NCBI GenBank assembly: GCA_965228735.1
Contig: OZ245838.1
Location: 160,001-224,000, forward strand
Reading direction: 5' to 3'
DNA: 64,000 bases
Source: Planctomycetota bacterium
GTDB lineage: Bacteria; Planctomycetota; UBA1135; UBA2386
Shown here: piece after piece, positions 47,666 through 56,945 of the stretch
How positions within the stretch are numbered: the stretch's first letter is position 1
Layout of the letters: each line of letters begins with the position of its first letter
Made by a program: the position numbers and the translations under genes
Notes under the pieces: generated by a model
What the model was told of the DNA's origin: nothing
Databases searched by the model: none
Seen by the model: the letters and a program-made list of their open reading frames with translations, nothing else

Positions 47666-48712
47666 CTACCCGGCGTTCGCGGCCTTCGCCGGCCGCACGC
47701 GCGCGAGCAGTTCGCTGCCGATGCCGGCGAACGTGCGGTGGTTGAGCGGGAACTCGAGCAGCACGTGCAGCAGGCTCAGGAACAGCAGCCACCGCAGCCC
47801 CGTGACGTAGTCCAGCGCGTAGAGCCCGATCGACGCGAGCCACAGCACCACGATCGCCGCGATGCGCGCCTTGCCGACCTCGTGCCAGCCGATGATCGAC
47901 GTCTTGGAGAACCAGTTGAGGTAGTGGTAGGTGTAGGCGAACCCGATGAAACGGCCGATCTGCACGCCGAGCGGATCCGTGAACACCTCGCTCGCGTCCT
48001 GGAACGGGTAGAATTGCGCTGCCTCGGGCTGAGCACCCGTGCGGCTCGCGATCGCGTCCGCGAAGCCGAGATCCGCCGCGAGAAAGCCGTGCATCGGCGT
48101 GAACTCGGCATAGGCCTCGTGCGCGTAGTCCGTCGCCACGTAGCCGAGCATGCCGGGGTCGAGGAACAGCGCGGTCGCGCCGCACGCGACGAACACGAGG
48201 AGCGACGAATGTGCCGTCAGGCTGCGCTGCTTGAGCGCGCCGTAGAGCACGAATGCGCCCGTGAACACGAACACGTGGATCACGGTCGGCAGGTAGATGC
48301 CGAACCAGATGGTCGTCACCGGCGAGCCGTGCATGAGGAACGCGACGACGGCGAACGCGGCCAGGGCGGTGCCGCGCAGCACGTTGTCCTTGATCAGCGC
48401 GAGCGTGAACCCGACGCCGAACGAGAACAGCAGCAGGCTGTGCGCCCAGCCGACGAGGGCGGGGGTCGGGTACGCGATGGCGGTCAGTGTCAGCGCGCTG
48501 ATCGCGGCCGCGAGGCCGAGCAGCGGCCACCAGTCGCGCTTGTTCTGCGTGAAGCACTGGCGGTCGTGCAGCCACGAGATCTGCGTCAGGTAGTGCAGCG
48601 GGCCGAGCACCGCGTAGGCCAGCAGAAACGTCTCGAACGGCACGACCATCGCGACCGCCAACGAGGCCAGCATGAGGCCGATGTTGAGCAGGTTGATGCG
48701 CGCGAGACTCAT
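47666..48712 (-). CDS. Hypothetical polytopic membrane protein with His motifs
   Basis: About 9 hydrophobic segments; GPLHYL, HVFVFT, TYHYLNWF, HVLLEFPLNH. Confidence 0.7.
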   Translation of the reverse strand: MSLARINLLNIGLMLASLAVAMVVPFETFLLAYAVLGPLHYLTQISWLHDRQCFTQNKRDWWPLLGLAAAISALTLTAIAYPTPALVGWAHSLLLFSFGVGFTLALIKDNVLRGTALAAFAVVAFLMHGSPVTTIWFGIYLPTVIHVFVFTGAFVLYGALKQRSLTAHSSLLVFVACGATALFLDPGMLGYVATDYAHEAYAEFTPMHGFLAADLGFADAIASRTGAQPEAAQFYPFQDASEVFTDPLGVQIGRFIGFAYTYHYLNWFSKTSIIGWHEVGKARIAAIVVLWLASIGLYALDYVTGLRWLLFLSLLHVLLEFPLNHRTFAGIGSELLARVRPAKAANAG

Positions 48713-48719
48713 CGCGATC

Positions 48720-49187
48720 TCACGGTAGCGCCGCGCGGACCCGCCGCCAGTAGCGGTCGGTCGCGCTCTTGCTCGGCCCCGTCGGGCCGCCGTTGTGCGT
48801 GCGCGCGATGGTCTCGGCGTCGTTGCTGGCCCAGGCCGCCGCGGCGTAGCGTTCCATGTAGGCCGCGATCACGCGTTCGGCGTAGGCGCGGCGCCGGCAG
48901 TCGTCGTAGCTGCCGCCGAGTTCGGGGTCGTGGCCCGTCGCGTCGAGCCAGTAGCCGCGGTGGATCTGGTAGGGGCCGATCGCGCGGCCGCCGTCGCCGT
49001 CCGGTGGGGCGTCGTTCCAGCGCGACTCGACCCAGCGGATCGCGTCGAGGATCTCGCGCCGGCTCCAGCTGCCGGCGCGCACGCTGTCGTTCCACCACAC
49101 CAGCGCAGAGAGCACGAGCACCGCGAGCGCCGTCGCGATGCCGCGCCGCAACGTGCGGCGGCGGAGCTTCCGACGCCGGCGCGTCAT
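48720..49187 (-). CDS. Invertebrate-type (destabilase-like) lysozyme family protein, membrane-anchored or exported
   Basis: AIRWVES...GPYQIHRGYWLDA...YDDC...YMERY...ARTHNGGP.G...T..YW; ATG 49187 overlaps the EamA stop. Confidence 0.75.
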   Translation of the reverse strand: MTRRRRKLRRRTLRRGIATALAVLVLSALVWWNDSVRAGSWSRREILDAIRWVESRWNDAPPDGDGGRAIGPYQIHRGYWLDATGHDPELGGSYDDCRRRAYAERVIAAYMERYAAAAWASNDAETIARTHNGGPTGPSKSATDRYWRRVRAALP

Positions 49188-50068
49188 CGTCGCGTCACCA
49201 CGAGCACGATGCCAAGGACGACGAGCGCGGTGCCGATCCACGCCTCGGTGTCGATCGTGCCGTCGCCGACGAGCGCGCCGAGCAACATCGCGACGACCGG
49301 GGTCACGTACGTGATGAGCGCGAGCTTGGACGCGGGCGTCGTGCGCAGCAGCCAGAAGTAGACGCCGAACGTCATCGCCGTGCCGAGCAGCGCGAGATAC
49401 CCGAGCGCCGCGATCCCTCGCGGCGTCCACTCGGTATCGAGCGGGCGTTCGAACGCGAAGGCCAGCACGAACAGCAGCGCGGCGCCGAACAGCATGCCGT
49501 TGCGGTTGAGGATGACGGAGCTCGACTCGCTGCCGTACTTCTTCACGAGCGTCGTGCCCGTGCAGGCGACGAACGGACTGCAGAGCAGCAGCAGCGAGTA
49601 GCCGAGGTTGCCGCTGTCGATGTCGCCCAGACCGCCGCCGAAGACGGTGACGATGCCGAAGAACGCGACGAGCGTGCCGATCACCTGCTGCCGGTGCAGC
49701 CGTTCGTCGAGGAAGAGCACGCCGCTGACCGCCATGAGCAGCGGGAAGATGCCCCAGAGCACCGCGGCCGGGCCGGAGGGCACCACGAGCTCCGCGACGT
49801 AGAGGATCGCGTAGCCGCCGGCGAAGTTCGTGAGCCCCGAGACGCACCAGAGCCAGGTGGGCGGCGCGGGCGCGCGTTCCCGCCGCTGCAACCAGGGCGC
49901 GACGGCCGCCATCGCGAGGGCCGCGACGAGGAACCGTACCGCGGCCGACGTGAGCGGCGGCTGTTCTTCGAGGCAGATGCGGATGCCGTACCACGTGCTG
50001 CCCCAGACCACGCAGAGCACAGCGATCGCGAGGGACGTCGTCCAGCTGGCGGCGGGCGGGCGAGGCAT
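49184..50068 (-). CDS. EamA/DMT family transporter
   Basis: VWGSTW...PP...AAVRF, 10 TM helices in two EamA repeats. Confidence 0.92.
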   Translation of the reverse strand: MPRPPAASWTTSLAIAVLCVVWGSTWYGIRICLEEQPPLTSAAVRFLVAALAMAAVAPWLQRRERAPAPPTWLWCVSGLTNFAGGYAILYVAELVVPSGPAAVLWGIFPLLMAVSGVLFLDERLHRQQVIGTLVAFFGIVTVFGGGLGDIDSGNLGYSLLLLCSPFVACTGTTLVKKYGSESSSVILNRNGMLFGAALLFVLAFAFERPLDTEWTPRGIAALGYLALLGTAMTFGVYFWLLRTTPASKLALITYVTPVVAMLLGALVGDGTIDTEAWIGTALVVLGIVLVVTRR

Positions 50069-50151
50069 GCGGCGACGTTGTATGCGGCGGGACCGTTGTT
50101 CGCCAATCGGGCGTTCGCCATTCGGGTTTCGTCGGCGCTACACTCGCGCGC

Positions 50152-50781
50152 GTGATTCGCGCTTCGCTGTCGATCCTCGTCGCCTCTGCCGTCGCTCTCT
50201 CGCTGGCGTTCACCGGCCGTCCCGATCCCGGCCCAGCAGTGATGCGTATGCAGGACCCCGTGCCGACCCCGACGCCTGCAGAGCTGAAACGGGCGACGGA
50301 CGTCGCCGGCCCGGGCGAACCGCACGCGATGCTCGCCCGCCTCGTCGGCACCTGGGACCTCGCGATCCGCATGACCTCCGCGGCCGGCGAGACGACCGAC
50401 GAGGTCGGCTCGGTCGTCGGCAAGATCATCCTCGGCGGCCGCTTCGTCGTGCTGAACTACCGCTTCACGATGGGGGACGAGTCGGTCGAAGGCGTCCAGA
50501 TCCTCGGCTTCGATCGCCTGCGCCAGCACGTGACGTCATCGTGGCGCGACGACCACAGCACGTGGTCGGTCGAATGCGCCGGCGCGCTCGACCCCAAGGC
50601 GCCCGAACGCATTCAGCTGCGCGGTCAGCTGCACGACACGACGACCCCGGGCGGCCGCGCGTTCCGCATGGCGCTGACGCTGCCGGCCGAGGGCGGCGAC
50701 CGTGTCGCGGTGTCGCTGCACGACACCCGTGACGTGAGGGAAGTGTTGGTCCAGACCCAGGAGTGGACGCGACGGCGGTGA
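50152..50781 (+). CDS. DUF1579 family exported protein (second copy)
   Basis: PGEPHAMLARLVGTW, LGGRF, LGFD, SSWRDD motifs; signal peptide. Confidence 0.78.
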   Translation: MIRASLSILVASAVALSLAFTGRPDPGPAVMRMQDPVPTPTPAELKRATDVAGPGEPHAMLARLVGTWDLAIRMTSAAGETTDEVGSVVGKIILGGRFVVLNYRFTMGDESVEGVQILGFDRLRQHVTSSWRDDHSTWSVECAGALDPKAPERIQLRGQLHDTTTPGGRAFRMALTLPAEGGDRVAVSLHDTRDVREVLVQTQEWTRRR

Positions 50782-50825
50782 GGGCGGTTCGACGTGACGG
50801 TGCGAAGAAGGCTGAACTTCGGGGC

Positions 50826-50854
50826 TTGACGACACCCCAAGTCCGTGGCACCCT
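50826..50854 (+). promoter_or_regulatory. Putative sigma70 promoter of the trp operon
   Basis: TTGACG (50826-50831), 17-nt spacer, TGG-CACCCT (50849-50854); predicted +1 falls on GTG 50861. Confidence 0.55.
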
Positions 50855-50860
50855 CCCCGC

Positions 50861-50953
50861 GTGAACTCCCTCCCGGCCAACTCGACCCACGCGATGAGCG
50901 CCTGGCGTTGGTGGTGGACCGCATCCTGCGGGCGGCCCGGGTTCACGCGCTGA
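50861..50953 (+). CDS. trpL: trp operon leader peptide (M)NSLPANSTHAMSAWRWWWTASCGRPGFTR; alternative start ATG 50894
   Basis: Four TGG codons (WRWWW) in a short ORF directly upstream of trpE, followed by a terminator. Confidence 0.85.
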   Translation: MNSLPANSTHAMSAWRWWWTASCGRPGFTR

Positions 50954-50979
50954 TCGACATCAGCTGACGAACGAAACCG

Positions 50980-51011
50980 AAGGCGGCCCCGCGAGGCCGC
51001 CTTTTTCGTTT
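50980..51011 (+). terminator. Attenuator terminator hairpin of the trp leader
   Basis: AAGGCGGCC-CCGCGA-GGCCGCCTT followed by TTTCGTTT. Confidence 0.85.
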
Positions 51012-51055
51012 CCGGGGGAGGTGGCAGCAGCGGGGTCGCGACACGACCTGCGACG

Positions 51056-52681
51056 ATGCCTACCTCCGACACCCAGGACCTCGACGGCAGCCAGAACGGT
51101 GCTGCGGGCCGCCCGTTCGGGCCGCCCGCGGTCGTTGCCGTGCCGCTGGTGCAGGTCACGTCCGCTGCGACCGTGAGCGCGGAGCGGCTCGTCGAACGGT
51201 TGCGCGCGGCGGGCGCGACCGCGGCCGGGCTGCTCGCTGAACGGGATCGGGATGGCGGTCACGAGCACGTTCTCGTGGCCGCGCGGTGCCTGCTGCGTGT
51301 CGAACTCCGCGGCTCGAGCGCCACGATCAACGCGCTGCAGCCCGACGTCGAGCCGTTGCTCGGTGCGCTCGTCGATCGGTTGCCGGGGGCGACCCGTTCG
51401 GGCGATCGGGTGACCGTGCCGGCCGCCGGCAACGCACCGGCCGAGAGCCTCGGCGTGCCCGACGACGAGGTGCTGCGGGCGCCGTCGTGCTTCGACGTCC
51501 TGCGCTGCCTCGCGGGCCTGCTCGCCGATTCGCAGGCCGGCGCGCCCGTGCCGCCCGGGCTGCTCGGCGCGTTCGGCTACGAGCTCATCGATCGCTTCGA
51601 GGATCTCGGGGAACGCAACCCGGATCCGCTCGATGAGCCGGACTACTCGTTCGTGCTCGTGTCCGACGCCGTCGTCTTCGATGGCGCGGTCGGCACCGTG
51701 ACGACGATCGTGCGCGGGCTGCCGTGGGAACGCGCGGCCGCCGTGCAGCAGCGGGCGCGCGCCCTCGCGGAGATGCTCGCGCCGGGGGCGTCGGGGAATC
51801 ACGGGGAGCTCGCGCCGACGAACGGGCAGAGCGCGCCCGCCCCGAGCCCGGCCCCGTTCGATCCCGCGTTCGGCAGCGCGGTCGAGACGCTGCTGCACCA
51901 CATCCGGATCGGTGACATCTTCCAGGCGGTGCTCTCGCGCCCCGTCGCGCTCGAGGTGGCCGCCGATCCCGTCACCGTGCTGCGCGCGCTCGGCCCGGAC
52001 GCGCCGTGGCGCTTCGTCGTCGCGCTGGCGGACGGCGATCTGATCGGCGCTTCGCCGGAGACGTGCCTGCGCGTCGAGAACGGCGAACTCGAGCTGCGCC
52101 CGCTCGCCGGCACGCTGCCGCGCGGCTTCGCCGCCGATGGCTCGATCGATCCCGACCTCGACCGGCGCCTCGGCGTGCAGCTCCTGCTCGACCACAAGGA
52201 ACAGGCCGAACACGCGATGCTCGTCGACCTCGCGCGCAACGACGTCGCGCGCGTGAGCGAACCCGGCAGCACGGAGCTCGTCGAAGCGTTCACCCTGCTG
52301 CACATGCCCCGGGTGCAACACATCGGCAGCCGCGTGCGCGGTCGATTGCGCCACGGCCTCGACGCGCTGCACGCCTACCGCGCCGTCGCCAACATGGGGA
52401 CGCTCACCGGCGCGCCCAAGCCCAAGGCGATGCAGCTCGTGCGGTCGCTCGAGGCGACGGGCCGCGGGTTCTACGGCGGCGCGGTCGGCTTCCTCGGCGG
52501 CGATGGCACGCTGCGCACCTGCATCGCGATCCGCACGCTGCGCCACGAGCCGACGACCGGGCGCTACCACGCGCGCGCCGGGGCCGGGATCGTGCACGAC
52601 TCGATCCCCGAGAACGAGTTCGCCGAGACCGAGCACAAGCTCGCGCAGCTGCGGCGCGCGCTCGCGGAGGTGACATCGTGA
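51056..52681 (+). CDS. trpE: Anthranilate synthase component I
   Basis: GDIFQAVLSR, GASPE, EHAMLVDLARND, NMGTLTGAPK, RGFYGGAVG, AGAGIV.DS. Confidence 0.95.
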   Translation: MPTSDTQDLDGSQNGAAGRPFGPPAVVAVPLVQVTSAATVSAERLVERLRAAGATAAGLLAERDRDGGHEHVLVAARCLLRVELRGSSATINALQPDVEPLLGALVDRLPGATRSGDRVTVPAAGNAPAESLGVPDDEVLRAPSCFDVLRCLAGLLADSQAGAPVPPGLLGAFGYELIDRFEDLGERNPDPLDEPDYSFVLVSDAVVFDGAVGTVTTIVRGLPWERAAAVQQRARALAEMLAPGASGNHGELAPTNGQSAPAPSPAPFDPAFGSAVETLLHHIRIGDIFQAVLSRPVALEVAADPVTVLRALGPDAPWRFVVALADGDLIGASPETCLRVENGELELRPLAGTLPRGFAADGSIDPDLDRRLGVQLLLDHKEQAEHAMLVDLARNDVARVSEPGSTELVEAFTLLHMPRVQHIGSRVRGRLRHGLDALHAYRAVANMGTLTGAPKPKAMQLVRSLEATGRGFYGGAVGFLGGDGTLRTCIAIRTLRHEPTTGRYHARAGAGIVHDSIPENEFAETEHKLAQLRRALAEVTS

Positions 52682-53313
52682 TGCCGCGTGTGCTCCTCGT
52701 CGACCACTTCGACAGCTTCGCCTTTCTGTTGGCGGAGCAGTTCGCGGTGCGCGGTGCCGAACTGCGCTGCGTGCGCGCGCCCAGGACCGGCGCCGGGCTC
52801 GCGGCGTGCGTGCAGGACTTTCTGCCGCACCTCGTCGTGCTCTCGCCGGGCCCGGGCCATCCGAACGAAGCGACGGGAACGGTCGACTACCTGCGGACCC
52901 GGCCCGCGCTCCCGATCTTCGGCGTCTGCCTCGGGCTGCAGGCGATGGTGGCCGCGGCAGGCGGCGAGGTCGGTCCCGCGCCGGCCCCCGTGCACGGCCG
53001 CGCGAGCTACGTCACGCTCGCCGAGGATCCGTTGTTCGACGGCCTGCCGCGCCCGTTCGCCGTCGCGCGCTACCACAGCCTCGTGGCGACGCGCATGCCC
53101 GACTCACTGCGCGCGATCGCGACGCTCGCCGATCCCGCGTCCGCTGCGCCCGAGCTCGTGATGGGCCTGCGCCACCGCGAGCTGCCGTGGGTCGGCGTCC
53201 AGTTCCACCCCGAGTCCGTGCTCTCCCCGCACGGCGGCGAGCTCTGCGCTCGCGTCCTCGCGCACGCCACGGCCACGGCGGCGCACGACCCCTTCAACCC
53301 CGCACTGTCATGA
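52681..53313 (+). CDS. trpG: Anthranilate synthase component II (glutamine amidotransferase)
   Basis: VDHFDSF, SPGPG, GVCLG, RYHSL, QFHPES. Confidence 0.95.
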   Translation: MPRVLLVDHFDSFAFLLAEQFAVRGAELRCVRAPRTGAGLAACVQDFLPHLVVLSPGPGHPNEATGTVDYLRTRPALPIFGVCLGLQAMVAAAGGEVGPAPAPVHGRASYVTLAEDPLFDGLPRPFAVARYHSLVATRMPDSLRAIATLADPASAAPELVMGLRHRELPWVGVQFHPESVLSPHGGELCARVLAHATATAAHDPFNPALS

Positions 53314-54356
53314 CCTCCGATTCTCCCACGATTCCCCAGCTCCTGCGTGATCTGACGCACGGCCACGATCTGCGCGCCGACGACTTCGCGCACGTCGTCA
53401 GTACGGCAATGAACGGCGAGGCCGACCCGGTCGCATTCGGCGGCCTGCTCGCGGCCTTGTCGATGCGGCCGGTGCAGGCCGAACACCTCGCCGCCGCCGC
53501 GCGCGTGATCCGCGAACGCGCGGTGCGCGTGCCGACGCAGGTGCAGCCGCTCGTCGACACCTGCGGCACGGGCGGGGACGGCGCCAACACGTTCAACGTG
53601 AGTACCGCGGCGGCGTGCGTCGTCGCCGGCACGGGCTGCGCGGTCGCCAAGCACGGCAACCGCGCGGTGTCGTCGGCGGTCGGCAGCGCGGACGTGCTGG
53701 CCGCCGCGGGCTGCGCGCTCGATCTCGAGCCGCGGGCCGCGCGCACGGCGCTCGACGCGGTCGGCTTCGTGTTCTTGTTCGCGCAGCGCCATCACCCGGC
53801 GTTCCGCCACGTCGGGCCGATCCGCAAGAGCCTCGGCGTGCGCACGATCTTCAACCTGCTCGGCCCGCTCTGCAATCCGGCGGGCGCCGACCGCCAGGTG
53901 GTCGGCGTCTACGACCCGAACGTGACGGGCGCGGTGGCCGAAGCGCTGCGCGCGCTCGGCAGCGAGTCGGCCCTCGTCGTGCATTGCAACGGCCTCGACG
54001 AGCTCGGCCTGCACGATCGCACGACCGGGCATCGGCTGCACGACGGCCGGATCGAGCCGTTCGAGCTCGACGCGCGCGACCTCGGGTTCGAGGCCGCGCC
54101 GATCGAAGCGTTGCGCGGCGGCGATCTCGAGCGCAACGTCGAGCTGCTGCGCTCCGCGTTGTCCGGCGGCGACGGCGCGCGCAGTGATGCGGTGGCGCTC
54201 AACGCCGGCGCAGCGCTCTGGGTCGCCGGCCAGGCCGACGATCTCGCGGCGGGGGTGAAGCTAGCGCAGTCGACGATGGACAGCGGCGCGGCGAGCCGCG
54301 TGCTCGTGCGTTACGCCGAGACCAGCACGCGGCTGGCGGCGGAGGCGGTGGCATGA
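53310..54356 (+). CDS. trpD: Anthranilate phosphoribosyltransferase
   Basis: DTCGTGGDG..TFNVST, KHGNR, RTIFNLLGPL.NP. Confidence 0.96.
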   Translation: MTSDSPTIPQLLRDLTHGHDLRADDFAHVVSTAMNGEADPVAFGGLLAALSMRPVQAEHLAAAARVIRERAVRVPTQVQPLVDTCGTGGDGANTFNVSTAAACVVAGTGCAVAKHGNRAVSSAVGSADVLAAAGCALDLEPRAARTALDAVGFVFLFAQRHHPAFRHVGPIRKSLGVRTIFNLLGPLCNPAGADRQVVGVYDPNVTGAVAEALRALGSESALVVHCNGLDELGLHDRTTGHRLHDGRIEPFELDARDLGFEAAPIEALRGGDLERNVELLRSALSGGDGARSDAVALNAGAALWVAGQADDLAAGVKLAQSTMDSGAASRVLVRYAETSTRLAAEAVA

Positions 54357-55129
54357 GTCGGCATCTGGAGCAGTTCTTCGACGCCGCTCGCGAACGGGCG
54401 GCGACGCTGCCGGACTACCGGCCGCCGGAGCGGGAGTCCGGGGGCGGCATGGAGCGCACCAGTCGCAGTCTGCGCAGCGCGCTCGCGGGGCGTGACGGGC
54501 TCGGCGTGATCGCCGAGTTCAAGCGCCGCAGTCCGAGTCAGGGCATGCTGGACAGCAACGCCGACGTCGCGCAGTACGCGCGCAACGCGGTAGCGCGCGG
54601 CGCCGTTGCGCTGTCCGTGCTGACCGAGCCGCGGTTCTTCGCCGGCAGCTACACCGATCTCGCGATCGCCCGGGCGGCAGTCGACGTGCCGCTGCTCGCG
54701 AAGGACTTCATCGTCGATCCGCGTCAGATCCGGGCCGCGGCACGCCACGGCGCGGACGCCGTCCTGTTCATCCTTCGGGGTCTCGACAGCAATCAACTCG
54801 CCGAGCTGTTCGCCGCGGCCGTCGACCATGGCCTCGACGTCGTGCTCGAGTGTCACGACGCCGCCGAGGTCGACCGCGCGATCGCCGTGCCGGACGCGAT
54901 CGTGGGCGTGAACAACCGCGACCTCGACACGCTCGAAGTCGACATCGCGCACGCCGCGGAACTGCTGCCGCGCGTGCCCGTGGACCGCATCGCGATCGCC
55001 GAGTCGGGCTATCGAACGGATGACGAGCTGCGCGCGCTGCGTGGCGTGGCCAACGGCGCGCTGATCGGCACGAGCATCATGCAGGGCGCCGATCTCGCCG
55101 CGCTCGTGGCTGGCGGGGGTGGGCGATGA
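54353..55129 (+). CDS. trpC: Indole-3-glycerol phosphate synthase
   Basis: IAEFKRRSPS, SVLTE, KDFI, GVNNRDL, AESG. Confidence 0.95.
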   Translation: MSRHLEQFFDAARERAATLPDYRPPERESGGGMERTSRSLRSALAGRDGLGVIAEFKRRSPSQGMLDSNADVAQYARNAVARGAVALSVLTEPRFFAGSYTDLAIARAAVDVPLLAKDFIVDPRQIRAAARHGADAVLFILRGLDSNQLAELFAAAVDHGLDVVLECHDAAEVDRAIAVPDAIVGVNNRDLDTLEVDIAHAAELLPRVPVDRIAIAESGYRTDDELRALRGVANGALIGTSIMQGADLAALVAGGGGR

Positions 55130-55740
55130 AGGTCAAGATCTGCGGTCTCAAGGCGGCGGCCGACGCGGAGCTCGCGCTGCGGCTCGGCGCGACGCACCTC
55201 GGTTGCGTCGTCGCGCCGGATTCGCCGCGTTCGACGACATTGCCGGAGCGCATCGCGATCCGCGAGCTCGCTCGCGAACGCGCGACGTTCGTGCTCGTCG
55301 TGCGGGGCGTCGGACCCGAGGCGGTGCTTGCGCTGGCGGCGGATTGTGAGCCGGATCTCGTGCAGTGCCACGGGTTCGATGATGTGGCGGAGGCCGCACT
55401 CGCCGAACGGCTGCCGGTGCCGCTGATGCGCGTGCGTCGGCTCGCGCCGGACGCGACGGCGTTGCCGCCCGTGCCGGTCGGCGTGTCCGCGACGAGCCCG
55501 GCCGTCTTCGACGGTGGCGTCGGCGGGGCCGGTACGTGCTTCCCGTGGCATCTGCTCGGCACGGCTTCACCCGCCAACGTCTTCATCGCCGGCGGCATCA
55601 CCGCGGCCAACGTGCGCGACGTGCTCGCGCACGCGCCGTGGGGCATCGACGTCAGCAGCGGCGTCGAGGAATCCCCCGGCCGCAAGGACCCCAGAAAGCT
55701 GCGCGCCCTGTTCGACGGGCTGCAGGTGAACCAGTCATGA
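55126..55740 (+). CDS. trpF: Phosphoribosylanthranilate isomerase
   Basis: VKICGL, SPR, Q.HG, AGGI, IDVSSGVE. Confidence 0.94.
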   Translation: MKVKICGLKAAADAELALRLGATHLGCVVAPDSPRSTTLPERIAIRELARERATFVLVVRGVGPEAVLALAADCEPDLVQCHGFDDVAEAALAERLPVPLMRVRRLAPDATALPPVPVGVSATSPAVFDGGVGGAGTCFPWHLLGTASPANVFIAGGITAANVRDVLAHAPWGIDVSSGVEESPGRKDPRKLRALFDGLQVNQS

Positions 55741-56945
55741 CGACATCGGACATCACTCCCCGCACCGGCGCGTTCGGCGCATTCGGCGGCCGCTACGTCA
55801 GCGAACTGCTGTGGCCGGCGCTGCAGGAGCTCGCCACGGCGAGCGCCGTGATCCTCGCGAACGGGACGTTCCGCAGTGACCTGCGCGCCAGGCTGCGCGA
55901 GTGGGCCGGTCGACCAACGCCGTTGACTTCGGCCCCCCGGCTGTCCGAACGTGCCGGTCTCGACCTGTACCTGAAGCGCGAGGACCTGCTCCACGGCGGC
56001 GCGCACAAGACCAACAACGCGCTCGGTCAGGCGCTGCTCGCGCAACGCCTCGGCAAGCGACGGCTCCTGTGCGAGACGGGCGCGGGCCAACACGGCGTCG
56101 CGACCGCGATGGCCGGCGCGCGGCTCGGCCTCGACGTCACCGTGTGCATGGGCGCGCGCGACGTGCAGCGGCAGGCGACCAACGTCGAACGCATGCGGCT
56201 CTTCGGCGCCGAGGTGCGCGCAGTCGATCAGGGCGCCGGCACGCTCAAGGACGCGATCAACGAGGCGCTGCGGGACTGGGCGGCGACCGTCGGCGACAGT
56301 CACTACGTGCTCGGCTCGGCCTGCGGTCCCGATCCGTTCCCGACGATCGTGCATCGGCTGCAGGCGGTGATCGGTGAGGAGATCCAGGCCCAGTTCGAGG
56401 AGCTGGCCGGCGGCAGGCCCGACGCGGTCGTCGCGTGCGTCGGCGGCGGCAGCAACGCGATCGGCGCGTTCTCGCCGTTTCTCAGCGACGAGAAGGTGGC
56501 GCTGTTCGGCGTCGAACCGCTCGGCAGCGACGGACCGGAGGTCACGCGGGCCGAACGCGCGACGCCCGGCCTGCTGCACGGCGCGCGCACGCTCGTGCTG
56601 CAGGACCGCGACGGGCAGATCCAGTCGAGCAGCAGCATCGCGCCGGGGCTCGACTACCCGGCCGTCGGGCCCGAGCACGCGGCGCTCTGTGCCGAGGGCC
56701 GCGTGCGTTACGTCGGCGTCGACGACGCGATGGCGGTCGACGCGCTCCAGGCCACGTGCCGCCTGGAGGGCATCCTGCCGGCGCTCGAGTCGGCCCACGC
56801 GATCGCGTTCGCGCTGCGCGCCGTGCAGGACGGCGCGATCGAACGCGGGCGGCGGGTCGTCATCAACGTCTCCGGCCGTGGTGACAAGGACCTCGGGATC
56901 CTGGCCCAACGCGGACTCATCCAGGGTGCGGAGGAACGGTCATGA
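55737..56945 (+). CDS. trpB: Tryptophan synthase beta chain
   Basis: KREDLLHGGAHKTN, ETGAGQHG, GGGSNA, GLDYP, SGRGDKD; ATG 55737. Confidence 0.97.
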   Translation: MTTSDITPRTGAFGAFGGRYVSELLWPALQELATASAVILANGTFRSDLRARLREWAGRPTPLTSAPRLSERAGLDLYLKREDLLHGGAHKTNNALGQALLAQRLGKRRLLCETGAGQHGVATAMAGARLGLDVTVCMGARDVQRQATNVERMRLFGAEVRAVDQGAGTLKDAINEALRDWAATVGDSHYVLGSACGPDPFPTIVHRLQAVIGEEIQAQFEELAGGRPDAVVACVGGGSNAIGAFSPFLSDEKVALFGVEPLGSDGPEVTRAERATPGLLHGARTLVLQDRDGQIQSSSSIAPGLDYPAVGPEHAALCAEGRVRYVGVDDAMAVDALQATCRLEGILPALESAHAIAFALRAVQDGAIERGRRVVINVSGRGDKDLGILAQRGLIQGAEERS

